Positions 23,401-32,000 of a stretch of 64,000 bases of DNA are shown here, in pieces; position 1 is the stretch's first letter, and every line of letters begins with the position of its first letter. Source of the stretch: Vicugna vicugna. Taxonomy: Eukaryota. The stretch spans positions 1,773,667 to 1,837,666 of the forward strand of contig MU059781.1 of the NCBI GenBank assembly GCA_013265495.1, in the 5' to 3' direction. The notes under the pieces were generated by a model. It had not been told where the DNA came from. It saw only the letters and a program-made list of their open reading frames with translations, and did no database searches. Both the position numbers and the translations under genes were made by a program.

Positions 23401-26400
23401 TCAAATTCCATCTGTAGCATCTGAGCCAGCATCAGGTCGCTGGAGGTATCAGTGTTTTCTCCAGTAATAAATGGTCCGTCAGCAACACTATTCAAAATAA
23501 GGCAATGTAGACTAATATAATGTGCTTGTGTAAACAGATGCTACCAGTTCTGAGTGGGATGTGCCTTTTCCGTATTAAACGATACTAAAGAAACACGAGA
23601 AAGAACTTTACCAAACCGTTCCCCCTCTCCTGCCCGTCCGCCCTCTGGCCGATGGCTGGCACCTGCAAGAGCACCAACTAGGATCAAGAGAGCTGCAAGC
23701 TAAAGGGCCTGTAACACAAACCAAGCTGAGGCCCGGAACTCATCTGTTCTGTGTTCTGATCAAAGGAGATATATATATATATATATATATGAAAAGATAA
23801 ACTGCAAACTTTTGATCAAAATTATACCCTACTTCATTATTCGTTCATTGGGAGAAAATACAGTTCAACTGTTGTAATAACGAAAACCCCGAGAAACAGA
23901 GTGGTCTGCCCAAGAGAATACTGAAAACTAGTCACAGAATCAAGTCCGAAACCCAAGTATCATGAACTCCCAATATGGTGCTCTTTTAACTGCTCTGCTC
24001 TTCTAAATGTATTTCTTAATCATTTGTCATGACAATCACTAATCAAATCCTAAGACTTTGATACAGTAAGCTGCTAGACAAAATAGCTTTTGTGAATTTT
24101 ACTTACGCAACTTCAGGAAAAGCAGCAGCTTCTTCTTCTAACTGCAATTCTTTAGCCAACTGTTCACTCATTACATCAGCCAGAGAACAAGACATTGTAT
24201 TTTGAGGAGTAGCCCATGGACACTATTAAAAAAGAAAACAAAAGGGCAACTCAACTCTTAATAATGAAATTAAAGTACCTTCCAAGCTTGGAAATAAGGT
24301 TATCTTTTGAGAATTAGACTAGTTAAATCAATGCAAAATGAATGACTACCTTTTTGCAGAAATCATCTCAAAAGTAAAAATATCTCCCAGCTCAAATCTA
24401 CTCAAAGATAAACCTAAACCAAGACAGTCAAGAACACTGTCTAGCCTGTTTGGTGGGTGTGTTCTTACAGTTGAAGGAAAGCACCAGGCTACTCTAGCAT
24501 CACCTGACTAGCCAATGAGTTCATGTAATGCCCCGGTTCTGATTCCATGCTCACCAAGCAACCTTCTGCTTATAATCTCGCTTCTCATAGGAACAGACTA
24601 CACCAACTAACACAATTCAAAGCCCACTGAAAAGTTATACTTCATCCTAATTTAAGCAGTAAGTCTTCTACATGTAAAAAGTGTGTGTCAGTGTCAGTCC
24701 CTCTCAGGACATCTTGGTATATGCTAAAACAAAACCAGCAATGGCAAACAATGAACCCTATATTTCTGAACTTCTGAAGCTGAGAAATAGATTCTTGAAA
24801 CAAAACTACCAGAGCAAAGTAATATTCTGTGAAACTCTTTCAGAGTGGCCAGCCAGTTGGCCCCTCCTTAAAGGAATCACTATCTCAGTCCTCTTGAAAT
24901 ACATACAAACCGGGTGTTTATTTCACAATTCCTAATTTTTGAGGGGGCAGGCTCTACTTAGCAGCAGCAAATGATTCCATTTGATAGTCTAGTGGTTAAA
25001 ACCATTAATACTGAATAAGATATCTAAGTATTTCTTGCACTTGCCCAGCTCTCTATCCCCCTTCCAAGTTATCCTCCTCCCACCACTGGGCTACTTAAGA
25101 ACCTTCTAACTAGTCTTTCTGCTTCCGGTCCTATTTGTTTCCACACCACAACACAATGGTTTTTCTAAACTGCAGATCTGATTGGTTCGGTTTCCTTACT
25201 TAAAAGTTCTTTAAAACAAACAAACAAACAAACCCTCTTTTATTGTTTTAATGTTTCTCACTGCCTTTAGGATCAAGTCCAAACTTATTTTTTTTTAACA
25301 TTTTTTATTGATTTATAATCACTTTACAATGTTGTGTCAAATTCCAGTGTTCAGCACAATTTTTCATTCATGGACATATACACAATCACTGTCACATTTT
25401 TTTCTCTGTGACTTATCATAACATTTTGTGTATATTTCCCTGTGCTATACAGTGTAATCTTGTTTATCTATTCTACAATTTTGAAATCCCAGTCTATCCC
25501 TTCCCACCCGCCACCCCCCTGGTAACCACAAGTCTGTATTCTCTGTCCGTGAGTCTATTTCTGTCCTGTATTTATGCTTTGTTTTTGTTTGTTTGTTTGT
25601 TTTTGTTTTTGTTTTTTAGATTCCACATATGAGCGATCTCATATGGTATTTTTCTTTCTCTTTCTGGCTTACTTCACTTAGAATGANNNNNNNNNNNNNN
25701 NNNNNNNNNNNNNNNNNNNNNNNNNNNNNNNNNNNNNNNNNNNNNNNNNNNNNNNNNNNNNNNNNNNNNNNNNNNNNNNNNNNNNNNNNNNNNNNNNNNN
25801 NNNNNNNNNNNNNNNNNNNNNNNNNNNNNNNNNATTTCTTAAAGACTACTGTGAGTCCAATTTAGAATACAGCATATGGTGGCATGTATTTTAGCCATAA
25901 AATGTTTAATCAAGTTTAGCCAGTACAGGTCCTCTATTTAAGGGCCTGCTGGGCTGACTCTCAGAGATAACTGGGCAACTGACCCTTGATCACGTTCCAC
26001 AATGTTGAGGTTTGGGAATCTACTTGGTTCAGATTGTTAGGGTGGAGCACGTAAGGGAGATCAAGGATAATTAGAGTTATGCCTAATGAATCAGAATCAA
26101 GTTTTACCTTGTCTCACCCTGAGACTGCTGAGATGCACCCAGCCCCATCACATATTTATACTAGCCTACGGCAGAATTGTTCCTGCTTTGTCTAGTGCCA
26201 GACCTGGAGACAACAGGGAGGTTTCCTCAAGGTGTGACTTTCACTGACTCAGAACTTGTCAGGAACTGGGCACTCTCCTGGTGAGCGTTTTGAGGTCTGG
26301 AATCTTAAAGTTCTCTGGAATATGGAGAATATAGCTAATCTACTGGCCACATGACTCTGCTGACATCCTTTGATGTTCTCTGGGGAGAAGAAAAACGCTT

Positions 26401-29400
26401 GCCTCTTCGCCTAGAAATGCTTGGTCTGATCAAAGTCCAGGTTCCAAAAGGCAAATTACTCTATTCTCTAGCTCAGAATTGTCATCACATTCAGCAACGA
26501 CTAATAGTGGTAAGACACCACTGTTCACTATATTGGGTGAACATACCTAACTTACATAGATTAAGTCATACACTGGAATAGTTGCAATGTCATCCCTATT
26601 TTATAGATTCAGAAACTGAGACAAAAAAGTTTTTTCACTCAAGTTGGAAGTGCTGAGATTTGAACCAAGGCAGCAGGACTTAAGAGGCTGTACTCTCAGT
26701 ATTTTGCTATACTTAATTTTGCTTCCTTAATCACCTTGTCTTGGGGTATGAGAAGCAAGCTGCTGTACCACCTGCAGTCTGAAATCCAAATTTCTCAGCA
26801 AGAAATGCCCTTCACAAATGACCTAACTTATCCTTCCAGTCTTGACTCTCACCTGTCCTATGCTCTGGCAACACTAATTACATGCCAAACATGGCATACT
26901 TTTACCCCTCCATGCCTTCACGGATTCTCTTTCACTCTATTTCCTCCAATTAAATGTCACCTCTCCTGCAAGATTATCTCAGTTGTTCAGACAAAATTAG
27001 CTCCTTTCCTTTATCTCTCCATACCACTGTTGGACAGTACATCAGCCACAACCCAGCAAGATCGCCTTGAAGGGCTCGGTCTTCTCATTCCCAGAGTCCA
27101 GCATTGGGCTTAAGGCATAATGAGGCATTCATTCATTTACTGAACAACATGCACCAAAAGGAAACCTGGAGATACTTTATGGAACTGCCAGGTTGCCCCT
27201 AGGCTGTGGAGGTCTGGCGCCTTTCTACATCCCTCCTATTTTAAAGTCCTTTTCTCCATCGTGAAGTCAGCCCCTTTGCCCACCCACTTCTGATGCTTCC
27301 CGACTCTTGCCAGCAGTCAGTTCTACTATGGTGTTAAGTATCAGCTAAAAATCCCTCAGAGAGGCAAAAATGGCAGGCAGTAACTGTCATTTTGAGGCAG
27401 AGGTCTCCCTACTGCCAAGAGAGAATGACTCAGAAAGGGAAACACGCAGAGAGCACCACGACACCCGAGGTGCCCCCTCCTACTGGTCTTGCTCCTCGGA
27501 GCCTTAGACCCTAGGGCTGCACTTCCCTGCACCTCGCCGACCAGCTCCGCCGGGCCACCTCACACTGAGGCAATCTCCTTGGGTGAGGTAAAGAATAACT
27601 GAAAGTTTGCCAATGTCAGTATTTTGAAATCAAATCCAAACTCTTCAAACCAGTAGCCCAGCTGTCCCTCCATAAAAGGCTTCGGGCTGTGAGGGACAGC
27701 TGCCGGGCAGGGGCAGTACTCCGCAGCAAAAGCAGCTCCCTACCTGGAGGGGGACTCAGAAAATGTACTGGGGGCTTATATGAATGGGCACCACAGGGCG
27801 GTGCAGGGGAATCCTGTCATCCTCTTGCAACTCTTCAGTAAATCAAACACTCTTCAGAAATATAGAAACTCTGTCAAATGTTCAAAAAATAATAAATCTA
27901 AGGAGATAAAAGTAAAAGGCCCTTCATCATCATGCTCTATCCTAGTGACCAACGTCAGTTCCCACTACTCCCAACATCAACACAAACTGCCCACTGCAAC
28001 AAGGTCTCATGGGAAACTCCACACAATCCTTTCCAGTTAGTTATTCTGCTTTCAATGACACCTATCAAGCCCATAACCAGCTCCCTGATTCCTTCTTGTT
28101 TCTGAAGACCCCTGACTCATCCTGTCTTCCCTTCCTCTGGGAAACTGCCACCACTAAACTCGGCAACCTGGGGTCTTCACTCCTCCCACTTCTCCCACAC
28201 CTGGCTGGCTGCAGATTAGAGGGAAATCATTCCCCTTCCTTCTACCCCTAAAGATGCGCTCCTAGAAGCCCATCCCACTTCTTTTTTTTAATGGAGGTAC
28301 TGGGGATTGAACCCAGGACCTTGTGCATGTTAAACATGCACTCTACCAATGAGCTATTTCCCTATCCGCACCCCCCAACTTTTTTTTAAAAAAGGTTTTA
28401 CTGCACACAACTATGTGGAAAGAATCAAGCAAACTAAAAAACTAGAAAACATGAAGGAGGCACATAATAACAAAAATTCAGGCCTCAACTTGAAGCAACT
28501 GAAGAGAATTGTAACCCACAGGAAGGTTCCTTTTCTGCTCATGCAGCTAGAAGACATAAGGTAAGCAAAATATTTAAGCAGGTAATTTTACTTCTCAAGA
28601 CAAGGATCTCCGCAAAAAGTGATCTGGGTCTACAGAACAGCACTATTTTTTTTAAACTTTCAATTTTAGAGTACTTTCAGATTTACAGAAAAATCACAAA
28701 GATAGTATAGAGTTCCCAAATACCCTATACCCAGTTTCCCTGTATTAATATTATACATCTGTCACAATTAATGAACCAATACATTATGATTAAATAAAGT
28801 CCATACTTCATTCAGATTTCCTTAGTTTTCCCCTTATGTCCCTTTTCTTTTCCAGGATACCATCCAGGATACTGTATGGCATTTAGTCCTCACGTCTCCT
28901 TAGGCTCCTCTTGGCTGTGAGTTTCTCAGACTGTCCTTGTTTTTGGCGACTTCGCTGGTTTTGAGGAAGACCACTAATCCATTTGTTACAGCTCTTTCCA
29001 ACAGAGCCACACTCTTCCTCCCTTTTGCCTACATTTTGTCAATTCTCCCTTCTTGAAATATTCCCTAAAATTCTTTGTTCATAATAGCAGTTTGGCGTTT
29101 TATAACTGCAGACCCCAAGTCCTTTTCAGGGTGTCTAAAAGGTCAAAATTATTTTCATGATAGTTCTACGATACTCTTTGTCTTTCCACTCTCATTCTCT
29201 CAGGGGCATGGTGTGGAGTTTTCCAGAGTCTGTATCAGATATAATCACAGCACTCTAGTGGCCACTTGAATGTGTGCACGTGTATTCTTGTGTTTTCCAA
29301 AATTTTCTAAGGTAGTAGGTTTAAGATATAAATGCACAGTTTTAGAGATTAACGCAGTTTTGCTTTGATTACCTGCTATAATCTACATATCTGTGAGGAT

Positions 29401-31562
29401 GGACTTACTTCGTCTACTTCAACTAATACGTACCGCAACAGACTGAAGTAAAAAGGAGCTATGAGAATCCAGCTGTCTGCTATCTCGTCAGACATTAAAG
29501 AGATTTACAAAAATACAAAACAATACTAGTCTTCACTACTTTTGTTTCGGAAAATAGATTTTTCAAAACAGAAAAATGTTATTTATATTAACATAATGAC
29601 TTAGATCACTTGATAAACATTTTCAACATCTCAGTTTTAATTTCTGATATGACAAATATCAATAGATATAATCAATATAAACAAAAGTTCTTTGGGGTCC
29701 TCAGTAGTATTTTAAGACTGTAAAGAAGTCCTGATGGAAAAGTTTTGAGAATCACTGGCCTTTAACATTCTTTCCATTTTCCAAGACTTTTCTCAAATCT
29801 CCACTCCTCCATGTAGGCTTCTATAATCACTTTACTCTTCCAAGAAGTTAGAGAAGGAAAGGATTAAGCGATACTTACAACATCTAATTGTTTTGCCTAT
29901 GAAAATGCTGTCTTCCCATTGGAGCATCAATAAACCCCAGGATGATATTCTTGTTAAAAGATGAAAATGAAATTTTATAGTTCTGATGATGAACACATAA
30001 GTGAAAATATGACTGATGACAAATATTTTATTACTGAATTGATTTTGTAAGTGAAATTTGTTGTGAAGTTAGGTATTCTGAACAAACTTTGTCTCAGTTG
30101 ACATTTTCACAAGCTTATATAGATGCTTAACTGGAGGAATTTAACATGTAAGGATATATCTATTAGTATCTCTCTTCTGATTTCATCCTTTCAGGTCTAC
30201 TGATCTTGGTCTTGTAAACAAGGCCCTAATAGAAAAAAATACACAAAGTAACACATAGATGTAACCACACTTGCCAGTGGAATATCTGAGAATTCTCCCT
30301 GTGGTTGTATGAGAACTTTTATAAAAATTCCCTTTACTTAATGGCTATTTCCCCCACTTTCTGTTAACATCTAGCCTAACAGCCAATGAGATTAACAAGT
30401 GACCCTTTAAATCGAACAAATGTTCAGTGGGTGAAATGAATGAAGCTGGTCAAAAGGTAGAAATTTTCAGTTACAAAAAAAAAAAGTCATGAGGATGTAA
30501 TGTACAACATGATGACTACAGTTAACAATACTGTATTGCATATTTGAAAGTTGTTAAGAAAGTAAATCTTAAAAGTTCTCATCACAAGAAACAAAAACTT
30601 GTAACTCTGTATATTAACTAGACTTACTGTGGTGAGCATTTTGTTTAATATATACATATATCAAATTATGTTGTACACCTTAAATTAATATATGGTCACA
30701 TGTCCATTAGATTAAAAAAAGAACAATTATGAAGCTAAAAGAGTGGATTCCTTCACTACTTTAATTTGAGGAACACAAAAATCCCTATTGAAGCACTTGT
30801 GCTTTCAAGCAAACCCTCCACAAGTGGAAGAAGAGTCTTTTCATTCTTCTAATGAAAGTATCATGAAAAGGAGCAGCCTGAAACCAGAATCCAAATGTGA
30901 AATGTGAAATAAACATTATACTTAGACATTACAGGAAAAAGCTTAAACGTTAAAGCCCAAGCAGATGAGCATTCATAACCGTCTTGCAGTATGTAAACAT
31001 TAGGGGAGAGAGGGTGTGCCTGTATTTATCTCTTACTACTCCAAAAACAAGTAACTGCCGAAGTAGGATAACCACACTTGCCAAGTTAAGGAAACAGCTT
31101 CCTAACCACCCTTCTGTCCGGCTTTTTGTGTGTAATTGGGCTGACTCACTTAGCCCGTGAAAAACAAGTTGGGGCTTGCTTTCTCTCAAATGTCAGCGTC
31201 TCTAAGCGAGTCCTCCTCAAATACACGCTACAGAGGTTCAGAAATCAAGGTATAGAACTAGGCAGAGGCTCCAAACCACCCAGGGTCCCACTAACCAGCG
31301 CCCCGTCCCTGCCTCTCCTTCCCCGCTGCGGCAGCCCCGCCGCCCGTCCTCTCCTTCCTTTCTGAGGTGGCCGGGGTCTCGCCCAGAATTTCTCGAGTCG
31401 CCTGCGGAGCCTCCTCGGCGCCTGCCACCCTCTCCAGGCCTTCCGAGAGGACCAGCCCCGGTGACTAAGGCAGGTACATCAGCCCCGACAGCCACTCACC
31501 TTGCTGGGTCCCCAGGCCGCTGCCGGCCCAGGCTCAGGGGATGCCACTCCAACCAGATCCAT
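11390..31562 (-). CDS. RIOK3: RIO kinase 3, whole coding span (13 exons, 519 aa predicted; exons 4 and 8 hidden by N)
   Basis: The spliced translation matches RIOK3 as I recall it: [12 protein letters not shown]...AWGPSK / CPWATPQN...[12 protein letters not shown] / ...[38 protein letters not shown] / HADLSEYN catalytic loop / IDVSQS / ...LYDE*. All visible junctions are GT-AG and in phase. Visible exons plus the expected 108 and 198 nt total 1560 nt. Confidence 0.98.
12466..12573 (-). CDS. RIOK3: RIOK3 exon 12 (108 nt, [36 protein letters not shown])
   Basis: Acceptor ttactag|TTT; donor GAG|gtaagc. Confidence 0.97.
13456..13545 (-). CDS. RIOK3: RIOK3 exon 11 (90 nt, [30 protein letters not shown]; metal-binding IDVSQS)
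   Basis: Acceptor taatag|GTC; donor CAG|gtaggc; intron 10 is only 91 nt. Confidence 0.97.
13637..13717 (-). CDS. RIOK3: RIOK3 exon 10 (81 nt, [27 protein letters not shown]; catalytic loop)
   Basis: Acceptor ccccacag|TTG; donor AAG|gtgagg; RIO signature HADLSEYN. Confidence 0.97.
15076..15235 (-). CDS. RIOK3: RIOK3 exon 9 (160 nt, [53 protein letters not shown])
   Basis: Acceptor tatag|A; donor CGT|gtaagt; visible in ORF 15034..15243. Confidence 0.97.
15527..15699 (+). mobile_element. vic-1-type SINE in RIOK3 intron 8 (antisense to RIOK3)
   Basis: ggtatagctcagtggtagagc A-box, gagttcaatcacc B-box, (AAAC)n tail; flanking aaaa(t/c)tgtg duplication. Confidence 0.88.
16631..16850 (-). CDS. RIOK3: RIOK3 exon 8 inferred inside a 220-nt N-block (expected 198 nt, includes the AIKVFKT ATP-binding lysine); coordinates are those of the N-block
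   Basis: The expected peptide was not found between exons 7 and 9. On the minus strand the sequence entering the block reads like an intron end (ttgacttaatgtt). Exon 7 ends phase 2 and exon 9 starts phase 2, consistent with a 198-nt exon. Confidence 0.65.
18070..18621 (+). mobile_element. MLT1E-type MaLR solo LTR in RIOK3 intron 7
   Basis: Starts tgtggcaggcagaacctaaaatggccccc and ends aactatgagataataaac...aactactaaca (TG...CA). Confidence 0.85.
18760..19720 (+). mobile_element. Degenerate old L1 (L1ME/MC-like) fragments
   Basis: L1 3' ORF2/UTR-like text (gcataaattggttaacc...gggcaatttggcaac; atagtggttacctttgg). Confidence 0.55.
20857..20984 (-). CDS. RIOK3: RIOK3 exon 7 (128 nt, [42 protein letters not shown]; nucleotide-binding loop)
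   Basis: Acceptor ttttgcag|GAA; donor AG|gtaaat; also visible in ORF 20853..21059. Confidence 0.97.
21614..21757 (-). CDS. RIOK3: RIOK3 exon 6 (144 nt, [48 protein letters not shown])
   Basis: Acceptor ttgttag|TTT; donor GCA|gtaagt. Confidence 0.97.
22043..22240. mobile_element. MER33/MER3-type hAT-Charlie DNA transposon
   Basis: ccaatatggaagccactagccacatgtgg...aaattcagttcctcagt...agaaagttctgttggacag. Confidence 0.8.
22828..22937 (-). CDS. RIOK3: RIOK3 exon 5 (110 nt, [36 protein letters not shown])
   Basis: Acceptor ctttag|CA; donor AAT|gtaagt. Confidence 0.97.
23130..23261 (-). CDS. RIOK3: RIOK3 exon 4 inferred inside a 132-nt N-block (expected 108 nt, ~VSISFENYRKVHPYEDSDSSEDEVDWQDTRDDPYRP); coordinates are those of the N-block
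   Basis: The peptide expected between exons 3 and 5 is absent from the 404 nt separating them; the only place it fits is this N run. Not directly readable. Confidence 0.65.
23342..23487 (-). CDS. RIOK3: RIOK3 exon 3 (146 nt, [48 protein letters not shown])
   Basis: Acceptor ttttgaatag|T; donor AAAG|gtacta; phase consistent with exon 2. Confidence 0.96.
23767..23790. repeat. (AT)n microsatellite
   Basis: About 11 perfect AT units. Confidence 0.9.
24107..24222 (-). CDS. RIOK3: RIOK3 exon 2 (116 nt, [38 protein letters not shown])
   Basis: Acceptor ttttaatag|TGT; donor GC|gtaagt. Confidence 0.97.
25288..25833 (-). mobile_element. Young L1 3' end in RIOK3 intron 1, same family as 1607-1837, sense to RIOK3; 5' junction hidden by N
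   Basis: Poly-T, TTTATT at 25304-25309, then the reverse complement of the 1607-1837 element with few mismatches. Confidence 0.9.
28282..28376 (-). mobile_element. vic-1-type SINE in RIOK3 intron 1 (sense to RIOK3)
   Basis: ttttaatggaggtactggggattgaacccaggaccttgtgcatg...ctctaccaatgagctat. Confidence 0.88.
28646..28960 (-). mobile_element. Old L1 (L1MB/MC) 3' end
   Basis: ttcagatttacagaaaaat...atagtatagagttccc...ccatccaggatac signature. Confidence 0.75.
29088..29756 (-). mobile_element. Charlie1-family hAT DNA transposon deletion derivative
   Basis: aggtcaaaattattttcatgata...ctctcattctctc near one end; gttctttggggtcctca...aagttttgagaatcactg terminus. Confidence 0.7.
30420..30720 (+). mobile_element. 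L1MA-type 3' end
   Basis: catgatgactacagttaacaatactgtattgcatatttgaaagttg...aatcttaaaagttctcatcaca; A-rich end. Confidence 0.8.
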
Positions 31563-32000
31563 GTGGGAGAAGCAGCTGGCGACCAGAACAGAACAAAGAG
31601 GTGGCAGGACCGGGAGGCAGCCTCCGCCGAGGAGACAGGCAGTGGGGCAGAGGCGACAGGCTGCTGGTGCCGGAGCTGAGGTGACAGATGGCGGCGGCGG
31701 CGGCCGCGTCCGGAATCAGACTTCTTCTCTTCCGCCCTTTACGCGAGAACGCTCGCTTCCCATTGGCCGCTGCCCGGCTCCGCATTAGGTCACCATTCCC
31801 CGCCCCCGGAGGACCGCACTTCCGGTCGCTGCCCCAAGCCGGGGACTGGTGGTCACTGTCTCCCTTGCCTGGCAGTACAGCGGCCGGGTGTGGCTTCCTC
31901 TGGCCAGGCATTACCCTGTACCTGTTCCGCCTCCCTGGCTGCCGGAGACGGCCGCTGGATCTAGTTAGACGGAAGGCTGCGTGGACTATATGTAAACAAG
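31280..32000 (-). promoter_or_regulatory. RIOK3: RIOK3 CpG-island promoter/5'UTR with ETS (ACTTCCGG 31818-31825), GC box (~31798-31806), CCAAT (ATTGG 31762-31766) and YY1-like (CAGATGGCGGC 31686-31696) motifs
   Basis: High GC and CpG density around exon 1; motifs read directly. Confidence 0.85.
31500..31562 (-). CDS. RIOK3: RIOK3 coding exon 1 (63 nt, [21 protein letters not shown])
   Basis: ATG at 31562-31560; donor AAG|GTGAGT. Confidence 0.97.

Noticed and set aside
11390-31562. RIOK3 as a pseudogene or exon-loss allele
   Set aside because: The missing exons coincide with N-blocks of matching size; all visible exons are intact, in phase and free of stops.
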